Assembly (NCBI RefSeq): GCF_018398935.1 | Contig: NZ_CP074694.1 | Location: forward strand, 2,100,001 to 2,132,000 | Origin: Telmatocola sphagniphila | GTDB taxonomy: Bacteria; Planctomycetota; Planctomycetia; Gemmatales; Gemmataceae | Length of the DNA: 32,000 nt | Direction: 5' to 3' | In this document: positions 8,552 through 18,978 of the stretch, one piece after another | How the letters are laid out: each line of letters opens with the position of its first letter | Numbering within the stretch: position 1 is the stretch's first letter | Made by a program: the position numbers and the translations under genes | Notes under the pieces: generated by a model | Told to the model about the DNA's origin: nothing | Database searches by the model: none | The model's input: only the letters and a program-made list of their open reading frames with translations

Positions 8552-11500
8552 TTAGCCGCAGCTCGGATTACCCAATGTTGACCTAACTTTGGCCGCCAGG
8601 GTCGCCGGTGCGAACGGTTTAGCCAGAAACTCCACCTCATCTTCCCGTATTCCATGTCGGACGATAGTATCATCGGTATACCCCGAAAGGTAAAGTACCT
8701 TAACGCCTGGCTGTAAATTCCCGATCTGCGCGGCAACTTCTCGCCCCCCCATGCGGGGCATTACTACATCAGTAATCAATAATTGAATTCTACCAACATG
8801 CTCCTTGGCGAGTTGGATCGCTTCAGAGCCATCTCGTGCGGACAGAACCATGTAGCCGCACCCTCGAAGAACGTGACAGATCAGGGAACGTACCATATCT
8901 TCATCTTCGACAAGCAGAATAAGTTCGCTTCCTTTTGCCAATCGGGGTAGAACTATTTGGGACTTCGGACCTTCTGTATCCATTGTGAATCGCGGCAGAT
9001 AGATTCTAAAGGTGGTCCCGACATCGATCTCACTATTGACTGTAATATGACCTTCCGATTGACGGATTATCCCGTGCACAGTTGCCAAACCCAATCCGGT
9101 TCCGTTCTCACCTTTAGTAGTGAAAAAAGGCTCAAATATCTGATCGACTGTATCCCGACTCATGCCGCATCCCGAATCACTAACCGCCAGGAGGACGTGA
9201 GGTCCAGGCTGAGATTCAGGTTGCTGCGAACAATACGATTCATCTAAATCGACATTTTCGACTTCTATCGTCAGATTACCTCCCCGCGGCATGGCATCCC
9301 GGGCATTAACCACCAAATTCATTAAGACCTGTTGGATTTGCGTTGGATCTGCCTTTACCTTTCCTATCGGGGGATGTGCTCGATAATGGAGTTCAATGTC
9401 TTCACCCAGTACCCGTCGCAACATGCGTTCTAGATCCGCGATAACAACATTCAAGTCGAGCACCTTGGGCGCGATCATCGCTTTCCGACTGAAGGCCAAT
9501 AATTGTTGGGTCAGTCCTGCCGCACGTTTACCTGCTTGGATGATTTCTTGAATCATTCCGAACGTCGGATCTTGGCTATGCAATCCCCCGAGCGCTAACT
9601 CTCCATAACCATTGATTATCGTCAGCAAATTATTGAAATCATGGGCGACTCCTCCAGCCAGTCTTCCCACCGCCTCCATTTTTTGTTTCTGACGTACCTG
9701 ATCCTCCAGAAGCTTGCGTTCGTCCACATCCGACCAAGAACCTATTGCTTCTTGTGTCAGGCCGTCGGCATTATAACTGAGTCGAATTTCTCCTCGAATC
9801 CATTTGTATTTACCAACGGAGTTTTTGAACCGAAATTCTTGGGTGAGCTGCCCCAACTCGAATAAATTTTTATGGATATCGGAAGCGAGTCGATCTTGCT
9901 CATCTGGGTGAAGATTTTCGATCCACCAGTTGGGTTGATAAGCTTCTTGGGAGGAATACCCAAGTAATTTACTAATGTTCTCACTGACCCAGGTGATTTC
10001 CCGAATTTCCTGGTTCTCGATCCGTTGGGTAAACAGCACGGCGGGACTTGAGGCTAACACATGTTGTAAGCGATATTCTGAGGCTTCTAGGGCGACCTTA
10101 ACTCGCTTCTGTTCGATTCCCAGCGCTATCTGCTCGGTGATTGTCGAAAGCGAGCATAGAATTGCTTCAGCGATCTTCTGTTGAGAATAAATGGCTAACA
10201 CACCTAAAAGCCGTTGACCCGATAAAAGTGGATAGCCTGCATAACCAAAAAATCCTTGGTCTTGAACCCAGCGACTAGACGTATCTGCTCTGGCATCGGT
10301 CAAACTGTCAATATAAATTGGCATTTGTTGCCGCGCGACGATACCTATAGGATCCCTGCCTATCGTAACTTTTCCTTTGCTGCAACCCCTATTAGAAAGA
10401 CCTCCTGATTCAGCACGTAATTCCAATGTTTCCTGATCTTCATTCAGCATCCAAATGCCGATCGCAGTTTCTTTCAATTGACGAGATATTGCCTCACAGC
10501 AACCTTGAAGGATCGCTTGCTGTGACTTGCCATGAGTGACGGCCATTCCCACATCAGCGACCAGCGAAGCCTCCCGAGAGCGATCCGATTTGACTTGTTC
10601 TTCCCGCTTACGATCCGAGACATCACGGAAGTACCAGACTCGACCCAAGAGTTCTTCGTCGAGGCTCCGAATCGGCCCGCTATATCTATCTAGGGTTCTC
10701 CCATCCAGCAGTTCGATCTCGTCATGGCTAGTCGTTTCCGAATGCGCATAAATCTCAGCCACTCGGGCGGTGAATCGCTCGGGATCTCTGGCTCGTGTTT
10801 TCGCCAAGAGGAGCAATGCCTGGTCGATTCCGGTCGTAGCGACCTCAAGCGGTATGTTCCATAAATCGACGAATCGGCGATTATAGGACAGCACACGTCC
10901 ACTTTCATTCACAACGAGAATTCCATCTGGCGACGACTCCGTTTGCGATTGAAGTAGAGCATGCTGGAATCGCAGAATGGCCTCATCACGTTTACGTTCG
11001 GTGACATCAATGAGAAAACCTTGCCATAAGACACTTCCACCATGCTCAAAAACCGGTGTCGCTCTGCCCTCCAGCCAGACCGGATTAGCTTGACAGGTAA
11101 TTTGGAATGTTTGCCGCCACGGAGAGGAACAGCTGGCCGATTGTGCAAAAGAGATTTGGACAGATTCTTGTTCTTCAGGGTGAATGGAAGCGAAAAAGGC
11201 GGATGCATCCTTCTCAAGACGCTCAGCGTCCAAGCCAAAAATCGCCTCAACCGCCTTGCTGAGGTACGGAAAGGTCATCCTTCCATCGGAATGGCGTCGC
11301 AGAGCAAATATTATACCAGGCGCATTCATTGATATTTGAGCGAATCGATCCCGTTCTTCTTGGAGAAGTGCCTCCGATTCCCTTCGCTCTGTAATATCTT
11401 CCCAAGTTCCAAGCAATCCAATGACACGTCCTTCCGCATCATGCATGGGCACCTTATTGGTGTCGAGCCAGATTGTGCGGCCATCTGCCAAGGTCATGGT

Positions 11501-14320
11501 TTCGACAACATGGAAGCGAGGACAATTCGCTTCCATGACTTGCCGATCCAGCTGAATGAAAAATTGAGCCTGTTCCGTAGAAATTGAAGGCAAGTCGGTA
11601 TCCGACCGTCCAACGAGTGAATCGGATCTATCAAATCCCAACGATTTAGCGACTACCTGATTGCAACCCAGATACCGGGAATTCCGATCTTTCCAAAAAA
11701 CACCTTGTGGAATGTTGTCGAGTACTAATCGTAACATTTCGCGAGATCGTTGATTGGTCTGCTCTGCGACTTTTCGAGCAGTGATGTTCGTATGGGAGAT
11801 CACAACCCCGCGATTCGTGTGGTCTAGTGGAGTAACACTGAGTGTAAACCACCGCTGCTCCATCGGTGAGTGACAAGGGTACTCCAGCTCAAAGCGATCT
11901 ATTCGACTTTGCAGAACATCTCGTATACCTCGAAAGACCTTTTCACCGTCGGAACATCCTAAAGAAGCACTTTTTTCACAGATCGCTAAATAATTCGATC
12001 CTATACCTGTTCGAGAAATGAGCTTGTCGGATCCCGAATTAACCCGGGTAAAATTCTGCCAGGCTTGGTTGACTGCAACAATTTCACCTCGAGAATCCAA
12101 AACGGCGATATTCGATGAAATGGAATCCAGGACGCCGCGCACAAAAATCTCTCGCTCTAGAATCAGATTTTTCGCAGTGATGCGGTCGGTGATATCAACC
12201 GTCGTGCCGATCAAACGGGAAAAAATTCCATCTTCTCGAAATTGCAATTTGCCACGATTGCTAACCCAACGAATCTTGCCTCCGGGTCGAACTACCCGGT
12301 ACTCAATCTCGATCAAATCTTTTTTTTCTGAAATTACAGTCTCAAGTGAACTTCGGACACGATCCCGATCTCGCGGATCGACCATTTCAAACCAGTGCTC
12401 GTGCTCCCCCCGAAAGGTTCCTGGGGCAAGACCGTAGATGATTTCTTGCTGAGCTGACCAAACACTCTTGTTCGTGAGTACATCCCAGTCGAAAATCCCA
12501 ATCTGACCCGCTTCCTGGGCTAAACGAAGTCGTTCTTCACTGGTTCGGAGAGCCAAATCAGATTTCTTGCGCTGTGAAATCTCTTCGCAAAAGATAATAA
12601 TGCCACCGATTTCAATATCAGAAATAAACCAGGGTCTGACTTCCCATCGAATCCAGTGGCGAGTTCCGTCACTTCGCTCGAAACAATCTTCTTCACAACT
12701 TTCCGTCGCCCCTGCCAGACATCTTTGATAAATTGATTTCCAACGCTCCGGTATGTCCGGAAAGACATCATAATGGCATAAACCGGTCAGATCACGATTT
12801 TCCAAATGAAAATCTTTGAGCCATCTCCGGCTCACATGGAGGTACCGCATCTCGCGGTCAAACATCGCAATCGGCGCCGATACATGTTCGACAAACAACC
12901 GTAATCGCTTCTCACTGTCTTTTAACGCCGCTTCCGCCCGTTTGGTTTCTGAAACGTCGGTTATCATCACTAAACGAGCTGGTCGATCCCTATATCGAAT
13001 CGCATGAGAAGAAATTTCCACATCCCGCAACGATCCATTTTTTAAACGATGCCTCCAGACTCGACCAGGTTGCAGTTCTGGAAGCGGATTATCGAGCAAT
13101 TCTTTAACTTTAAGAATATCCGCTTCAGGACGAATTTCGGCGATTGTCATCGACAAGAATTCTGATCGCGAATAGCCGTATCTAGTTATCGCGGCTTGAT
13201 TCACATCGAAAAATCGAAGAGTCTCTGTGCTAAAAACCCACATGCTTTGAGGATTTGATTCAAATAACTGGCGATAGTCTTCCTCGCTTTGTCTAAGCGC
13301 TTCCTCTGCCGCGTTCCGCACCAATATTTCTTCTGTGAGTTTTTCCGCAGTGTTCGACAATTCGAATCGAATACATCGATCCTGATAAACTTGCGAAAAA
13401 TTAGAAGTGAACATTTGAACTAATTGAATTTCGGGGGTCGTTAAGGACCGTGTCTGCAAGGGATCCAGCAAATAAAGTTTTCCTATAATCGTGGACGACG
13501 AGGCAATCGGCAAAGTCATTTGGACGAAGATTTCTGATCGGGCGACTGAAGTTTGAGAGTTTAAGCTGGCTCGCCGTTGCTCCCGACGATCGGCGGTTTC
13601 AAATTCTTGGATGAGAGTTTGAAATTCCGTACTTAAATCTGACCACGCTTCTGGTAGTGGATTCAACGCCTCTTCCAGACCACTCGAGTAGACTTTGGTA
13701 TCTGCGCTTGTTTCGCTACTTAATGTGGCCAAAACATACCGAACCCCGACCAGTTGCCTGATACCTTGGCAAAAAATACGGACTGATTTTTTCAGATCCG
13801 GTTCAGCGCCGAGGGTTAGCCCCAGTTCCACCAATTTGCCAAGTCGTTCATTGGTCCGCTGAAGTTCTTCTTGTTTTGAGGGGACTTTTTCGGCAAAAAA
13901 TCGATGCTGTTCGTCAATTAGGTCGGGGTTAAGTGAATCGATTGCAATTAGTGGTTGAGAGAGCGTAGCCTGAACGGTGCTGAGAACCAGTTCTGGCGTA
14001 CAGGGCTTAATCAGCATCCCTTGAACATCACACCTTAGAAGAAGTCTTTGAGCTTCGCTGTGATCATAGAATGCCGTGTAAAACAGAACTCTCATTCCCG
14101 AAAGTGCCGGATCCGCCCGGATCTTACGAACGAATTCAAACCCATCCATGGTCGGCATTAAGAGGTCAACGATTACCAAGTCAGGGCAGATTTGGTGAGA
14201 GAGTATTAACCCTTTGGCACCATCGGTGGCTTCGCTGAGGCTATGGCCTTCGTAGCCCAGTAAGGTCACCAGAAAATCGCGATTTGTCTGCTTATCGTCA
14301 ATTACCAAAATTTTTGCCAT
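8552..14320 (-). CDS. Giant hybrid sensor histidine kinase: REC - GAF - PAS x7 - GAF - PAS - HisKA/HATPase - REC
   Basis: This is a 1,922-aa uninterrupted ORF. The N-terminal REC reads 'KILVIDDKQTNRDF...VIVDLLMPTMDG'. Repeated PAS/PAC units each end in motifs such as 'DVSETKRAE', 'DITERRESE' and 'DVTERKRDE'. The H-box is 'GGVAHDFNNLLTIINGY' and the ATPase has 'GTGLGLATVHGI'. The C-terminal REC has 'ILLVEDEDMV...ITDVVMPRMGG...FLAKPF'. Confidence 0.93.
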   Translation of the reverse strand: MAKILVIDDKQTNRDFLVTLLGYEGHSLSEATDGAKGLILSHQICPDLVIVDLLMPTMDGFEFVRKIRADPALSGMRVLFYTAFYDHSEAQRLLLRCDVQGMLIKPCTPELVLSTVQATLSQPLIAIDSLNPDLIDEQHRFFAEKVPSKQEELQRTNERLGKLVELGLTLGAEPDLKKSVRIFCQGIRQLVGVRYVLATLSSETSADTKVYSSGLEEALNPLPEAWSDLSTEFQTLIQEFETADRREQRRASLNSQTSVARSEIFVQMTLPIASSSTIIGKLYLLDPLQTRSLTTPEIQLVQMFTSNFSQVYQDRCIRFELSNTAEKLTEEILVRNAAEEALRQSEEDYRQLFESNPQSMWVFSTETLRFFDVNQAAITRYGYSRSEFLSMTIAEIRPEADILKVKELLDNPLPELQPGRVWRHRLKNGSLRDVEISSHAIRYRDRPARLVMITDVSETKRAEAALKDSEKRLRLFVEHVSAPIAMFDREMRYLHVSRRWLKDFHLENRDLTGLCHYDVFPDIPERWKSIYQRCLAGATESCEEDCFERSDGTRHWIRWEVRPWFISDIEIGGIIIFCEEISQRKKSDLALRTSEERLRLAQEAGQIGIFDWDVLTNKSVWSAQQEIIYGLAPGTFRGEHEHWFEMVDPRDRDRVRSSLETVISEKKDLIEIEYRVVRPGGKIRWVSNRGKLQFREDGIFSRLIGTTVDITDRITAKNLILEREIFVRGVLDSISSNIAVLDSRGEIVAVNQAWQNFTRVNSGSDKLISRTGIGSNYLAICEKSASLGCSDGEKVFRGIRDVLQSRIDRFELEYPCHSPMEQRWFTLSVTPLDHTNRGVVISHTNITARKVAEQTNQRSREMLRLVLDNIPQGVFWKDRNSRYLGCNQVVAKSLGFDRSDSLVGRSDTDLPSISTEQAQFFIQLDRQVMEANCPRFHVVETMTLADGRTIWLDTNKVPMHDAEGRVIGLLGTWEDITERRESEALLQEERDRFAQISMNAPGIIFALRRHSDGRMTFPYLSKAVEAIFGLDAERLEKDASAFFASIHPEEQESVQISFAQSASCSSPWRQTFQITCQANPVWLEGRATPVFEHGGSVLWQGFLIDVTERKRDEAILRFQHALLQSQTESSPDGILVVNESGRVLSYNRRFVDLWNIPLEVATTGIDQALLLLAKTRARDPERFTARVAEIYAHSETTSHDEIELLDGRTLDRYSGPIRSLDEELLGRVWYFRDVSDRKREEQVKSDRSREASLVADVGMAVTHGKSQQAILQGCCEAISRQLKETAIGIWMLNEDQETLELRAESGGLSNRGCSKGKVTIGRDPIGIVARQQMPIYIDSLTDARADTSSRWVQDQGFFGYAGYPLLSGQRLLGVLAIYSQQKIAEAILCSLSTITEQIALGIEQKRVKVALEASEYRLQHVLASSPAVLFTQRIENQEIREITWVSENISKLLGYSSQEAYQPNWWIENLHPDEQDRLASDIHKNLFELGQLTQEFRFKNSVGKYKWIRGEIRLSYNADGLTQEAIGSWSDVDERKLLEDQVRQKQKMEAVGRLAGGVAHDFNNLLTIINGYGELALGGLHSQDPTFGMIQEIIQAGKRAAGLTQQLLAFSRKAMIAPKVLDLNVVIADLERMLRRVLGEDIELHYRAHPPIGKVKADPTQIQQVLMNLVVNARDAMPRGGNLTIEVENVDLDESYCSQQPESQPGPHVLLAVSDSGCGMSRDTVDQIFEPFFTTKGENGTGLGLATVHGIIRQSEGHITVNSEIDVGTTFRIYLPRFTMDTEGPKSQIVLPRLAKGSELILLVEDEDMVRSLICHVLRGCGYMVLSARDGSEAIQLAKEHVGRIQLLITDVVMPRMGGREVAAQIGNLQPGVKVLYLSGYTDDTIVRHGIREDEVEFLAKPFAPATLAAKVRSTLGNPSCG

Positions 14321-15921
14321 CGTCGCTCCACATACTCAATTTTTTGGCGATGGTTCAACTAATTTAGCTTTATTCACACTTTTTGAACGGTAATAATCGT
14401 CAGGAAATTCCTGATGATTAGTTCCAGAGAACTGGAGCTTCTTGGAAGGAACCGGACTTAAGGAAGATGTGATCGCCCTGCAGGGACCTGACCGCAAGCG
14501 ATTTCGCAATTAGAGGTTTACCACTAGCATATATCCATTTCTATGCGGAGGCCTCGGTGTCGAAAGTACTCTTGGCAGGAAAGACTCTATTTATCAGCGA
14601 GAAGCTAGCGGTATCACGCTGTTTGAGTCTACTGTCGTGCTGCTCGATTGTGGGCGCTCAATCAACCACAATGATCGCTTAACCCCAGGATTTGTGTTCC
14701 ACTTTCATAAGTCACTTTTGACTTGACTGCACGGTAGGACGCCGGAAAGCTATTCATTCGGCGTGAAAGCAGGCGAATATAGACATTGCGAAGATTTTCC
14801 CTGTGAATGATTCTGTAATAGAGAGAATGGTTGTGCAGGTGGAGATAATCTCTGCTACTGGTTTTATCTTGTCAACCCGTCTGTCCTCCGGTTTTCCCAC
14901 CCGGAAACTCTGCCAATCCGGTTAACACTTGGGAAAGATTTTGCAGTTCGAACAGTGTCACTCTCGCACAACGCATTGGACGCGAACTGGAGTGCCCTAC
15001 TCTACCTCGATTCACTATAATCGCCGTAAGCTATTGTAAAATATAGGCTTAAATCCTGGCACTCGAAAATACTCTCACCAGCTTAAGAGTATTTATTCCG
15101 AGGAGTGTCTCGTTTGGGGAGCTTTTCACTTTTCAGCGGAAAATTGTCGAAGCACGAGCTAACTTAACCGCCTATTGTCTAGACCCCCAAATAAGCGATT
15201 TTTCCAAGTGGTTTTTGAGATTTTCACACTTTATTCAGTTCTGTCGTTCGAAAACAGAATTTCGGGGACCAGGCAAGAAACGTCGGTTTCGTTTCGTACT
15301 CTCCAATTTTTTGCGGAAACTCTCAACTTCTCTCAATTAACTTACCGAAGAGTTATCGCTCGCGGATCAACTGTTTAGCTGAGGAAGTGAAGAAGACGTA
15401 AGTAGTTGCGGTAATTCGTTGCTAAAATGTATTCACCGAGGGATATTGTTCCGGTTCGGTTAATCACGAGTTAGCCCTCAAGCAACATGACGCTGGAAGC
15501 GCTTGCCCCTGAAGAACGAGAAGTGGTCCGAAGAACGATGGAGGCCCACGATTCAGTATTTCGACTACGATTTCTAGACACGACTAGGTATCTCGCCAGA
15601 CGCCATGCGGGAGTTGTTGTGTGCCTGCCCCGCCGTGGATAACGTTTACGTGAGTTCAGTGTATAACGCGCCTGCCCGATCGCAGAATCACAAACAAAGG
15701 CATCGAGACGGACTGCCACAAGGAGAACAAGGTGCCGCGGGAATTGCGTGATCAGCTCAGACGAGAAATCAATTCTTAGACTGCGATCAGTAGAGATGCG
15801 GTCATCTTAGATCGACGAAAGTGATTGAATGATCGTGATCGGCATCGAATCCAGTGACTAGTCTTCGGTCCTTGCCACGATGGCGACCATCCAGTACGCC
15901 TTCGAGAAATCCGATCTAGGT

Positions 15922-17388
15922 TCACTTCGGATCAATCGTGTGGCCGACACGCCTCGCCCGAAAAACTGCCACTACGATGATTGCCCCTCCGACCCCGATG
16001 AGCCAAATAAAAAGAGAGGAGTTCGATTTCGAAGTCATCGGCTTGGTTTGCGCCGATTTTTCCGTGGGAGAGGAACCACTCGAATCACCCGTGTTGAACG
16101 ACAGCGGGGCGTATATTGGGGTATCGGTTTTCGGTGGCGTGTTTGTGCTCTGGGGAGTTTCTTTGGCGTTGAGAGGGCGGCCATCGACATAAACCCCGTC
16201 TTTCTCGACGGTAACGTTTGGATATTTCTCATTGAATTGAAATTCAAGCCCCCGACCGTTGGTCGGCTCCTGTTTCGGCTTAGGTTTGAGGTCAACTGTC
16301 GGTTGCGGTTTGGGTCCGACAGGCCACACTCGCACGTAGCGATCGTTGCTACCTATCGCCAGTCGTTTTCAGTCCTGGCTGAACGCTATGCTATTGATGC
16401 TGGGTGGCTCAACTCCCGTGAAGGCAGCATTCCCATTCGGAGACACGCCCCAACTGAAGCCGGTTTCAACTTCCCAGAGGCGGATCGTGCTCGATCCCAC
16501 GACACTAGCCAACGTCCGGCTGTCCGGACTGAAGGCGAAGTTTGTTATCAGCCCTTTCTCAGTCCGGAATATTACCTTCTCTGCTCCCGAGGCCGCATCG
16601 ATCAGCCAGACAATCGGATCGCTCGCCCCGACTGCTAAAATCTTCCTGTCTGGGCTAGCCACAATGTGGCGAAACCCACCGTTGGGAGCCTTCCAAATCT
16701 GTTTTGCACTTCCCTTAGAGCGGTCCCAAATTGTGATGGAGCCGTCGTTGTTCACCGACGTCACTGTTGTATCATCGGGGCCGAAGACAACACTCTGGGG
16801 TAGAATTTTGGGATCGCCCAGGGATGGCAGCTCCTTGCCGCTTGCGACATCCCAAAAGTGAATTCGGCACGGCCTATCGAGCGGCAAACGGTAATTTCCG
16901 ATCGTGGCCAACGTCTTACCGTCCGCGCTGAACGCCACCGACTGAACATCGCCATCATGATTCTTCAGTATGACACGCTCGGTTCGACCTGGCAAATCCC
17001 AGAGAAGCGCCGACCGGTCGTCCACTCCGAAGGCTAAGGTCTTCCCGTCTGGTGAGAAGGCTAAAGTCAGGGGAAATTCATCACTTTGAAGAATGGCGAG
17101 TTTTTCTCCCTATTTCGCATCCCAGATGCGAACAGTCTGCTCCCAGCTGGCTGAGGCGATCATCTTTCCGTCCGGAGAGAAGGAGACAGATCTCACTTCT
17201 GCCGTATGCCCCTTGAGCACAAGCGATTGGAGGGGCTGCTGAGCGGCTGCAGTCGAAGCAATCATCCCGAGGCACAGGGCCGAGGTGACGGTCACCACAG
17301 ATCTCGCGATCTGAAAAAGGTATTTCATTTGACTACCCCTCAACATCGAAAGGAAAACACAACTGCAAAGAATCAGACCATTCCTCAT
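15922..17388 (-). pseudogene. Secreted or membrane-anchored WD40-repeat protein interrupted by two in-frame stop codons
   Basis: Three track ORFs (17388-17110, 17025-16369, 16335-15922) share one frame. They are separated only by TAG (17110-17112) and TGA (16369-16371). WD40 blades include '[33 protein letters not shown]', 'HDGDVQSVAFSADGKTLA' and 'SNDRYVRVW'. A signal peptide starts at ATG 17328, and the C-terminal TM helix is 'LFIWLIGVGGAIIVVAVF'. Confidence 0.8.
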
Positions 17389-17600
17389 CTTCCAGAAAAT
17401 TACTCACGATGAGGCTGATGAACTATTCGGAATCTATTGATGAACTATCAATAGTCGAAAGTGCGAAGACCACCAAAAGATTACCCAACGCACTATGCTA
17501 TCAAATTGAGGGTTTATCGCGTATGGAGCATTTGTGACTGATTCGACAAAGGCAAACTCCTCCCGCAGCTCTGTAATTATCCAAATGATCGATCGGAGCG

Positions 17601-18978
17601 CAGGGATCCTGAGTAATATGAGTGATCGAGCGATTCTCTTCGACGAATTGTGGGTAAAGTTTATCTGTAAGCGGCGCAGGCAGATCGCGTTTAAATTTGG
17701 GGGAAATTGAGGAATTCTTGAAGCATGAGTTCTCGCCGTTGATCACTGGCACAGGCGGCCAAGCGTTTCTTGTTTAGAGATTCTTTGCCGCTGGCATTAA
17801 CTAATATACTTAGAGCCAATCGTTTCAGACGCGTGAAATTCTGAGGTCCATCGCCCTCTCGAACTCGGCTGTCGTCATCGCCAAACTTCAAATCCAAATG
17901 CCAATGCAAACCGTTTTCTACACCCCAGTGATTGCGAACGGCCTGGGCGAAGACTTCCGCGGTCGCTTTCCGGCGGCAGATGTAATATCGAATTTCACTC
18001 GTGCTCCGACCTTTATCGCGGCGATCGGTTACTACAACCCCCATGCTCTTGAGTCCCTGCCAAACCTTCCGGGACGACAGGAATTTCAGATCCGAAAATA
18101 CCCGGCAACCCCGGTACTCTTCCCGACCTTGATTCTTCTCGGTCGATTCGCAGAACGTCGTCGCCACCTCCGTAAAACCCGACTCCAGATGCTTCTGAAA
18201 ATGGGGCGATATTTCCGCATGCAAGCTCGGCTGATTTTCTTTCACCGCCAAAAGGTAATCCGCTTTCCGCCGACGGATAGCCCGCGCGATTTCCTTCGGG
18301 CAGCCCATCGCGTCAATGGTCCCGATTGAACCGGCGATATTCAGTGTTTTCAACAATTCCGGAATGGCCGTGATCTCGTTCGATTTGGCATCAACCGCCC
18401 GCTGTCCCATCGTCACGCTATTCGCCGTGGCAAAGGCGCTCACCGCATGCAAAGCCCGCCGCTGCGCACTCCCTGACGAACGCATCGTTTTGCCATCGAT
18501 CGCCACATGCTTTAGAGGAGTCGTCAAACAGATCTCAGCCATCCAGGCACCGAAGCAGGCTTCGAAAGCCTCGGCATCCAAATAGCGGAACACGGCACTA
18601 AAAGTATCGTGGCTAGGAATGCCGTTGGGCAACTCTAGGTATTTGCGAAACCAATCGATCTTCGCTTCACAGAAAACTTCGACGGCCACCCAATCGTCGG
18701 CACCGCTAACCGGGGCGCAGATCGCCAGGAAAACAATGTCCAATAATTTGTGCCGTTGGCAACGTTGCATCCGATGATCGGTCAGATCGGCAAAGTGGGT
18801 GAGTAAACCGTCCAGGGGCGTTTGAGGCTTCGAAGGACTGGGAAGGATTCGAATCGGCATTGATGGTTTCCAAACTTATCTACAAAGCAAACTGCCGATT
18901 CTCTCCTAAACTCTAATCGAGCGCAAGTGCAAAGTATAGACCCACAGATTCCCTCGGAATTAAAACGCAATTACCCTG
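17601..18978 (-). mobile_element. ISAs1-family insertion sequence (boundaries tentative)
   Basis: A single intact transposase ORF is flanked by ~90-120 bp of non-coding sequence. The only terminal inverted similarity noticed is CAGGG... (17601) with ...CCCTG (18978). No clear target duplication was found. Confidence 0.4.
17691..18860 (-). CDS. ISAs1-family transposase (DDE, with N-terminal H-repeat-associated domain)
   Basis: The 389-aa product starts 'LTHFADLTDHRMQRCQRHKLLDIVFLAICAPVSGADDWVAVEVFCEAKIDWFRKYLELPNGIPSHDTFSAVFRYLD'. It also has 'VAIDGKTMRSS', 'IDAMGCPKEIA' and 'NHWGVENGLHWHLDLKFGDDDSRVR'. All are typical of ISAs1/H-repeat transposases. Confidence 0.9.
   Translation of the reverse strand: MPIRILPSPSKPQTPLDGLLTHFADLTDHRMQRCQRHKLLDIVFLAICAPVSGADDWVAVEVFCEAKIDWFRKYLELPNGIPSHDTFSAVFRYLDAEAFEACFGAWMAEICLTTPLKHVAIDGKTMRSSGSAQRRALHAVSAFATANSVTMGQRAVDAKSNEITAIPELLKTLNIAGSIGTIDAMGCPKEIARAIRRRKADYLLAVKENQPSLHAEISPHFQKHLESGFTEVATTFCESTEKNQGREEYRGCRVFSDLKFLSSRKVWQGLKSMGVVVTDRRDKGRSTSEIRYYICRRKATAEVFAQAVRNHWGVENGLHWHLDLKFGDDDSRVREGDGPQNFTRLKRLALSILVNASGKESLNKKRLAACASDQRRELMLQEFLNFPQI

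Noticed and set aside
14373-15232. 10-mer TTCACACTTT repeated at 14373 and 15223 in the ORF-free tract.
   Set aside because: A single repeated 10-mer within 1.6 kb is about what chance predicts, and the match does not extend.
16369-16371. TGA at a conserved Gly position of a WD40 blade, read as evidence for UGA=Gly recoding (genetic code 25) or selenocysteine.
   Set aside because: TGA clearly terminates many well-supported genes in this window, including the TPR gene, tnpA, tnpB, tnpC, the 264-aa kinase and the ECF fusion. The second internal stop is TAG. No Sec-type context is apparent. A nonsense mutation is the simpler reading.
15880-16861. Long plus-strand ORFs (252 aa at 15880-16638, 171 aa at 16346-16861, 84 aa at 15938-16192) opposite the WD40 gene.
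   Set aside because: They are Arg-rich with no motifs, and they lie exactly antisense to clearly recognisable WD40 repeats. They are shadow ORFs of a coding strand with biased composition.
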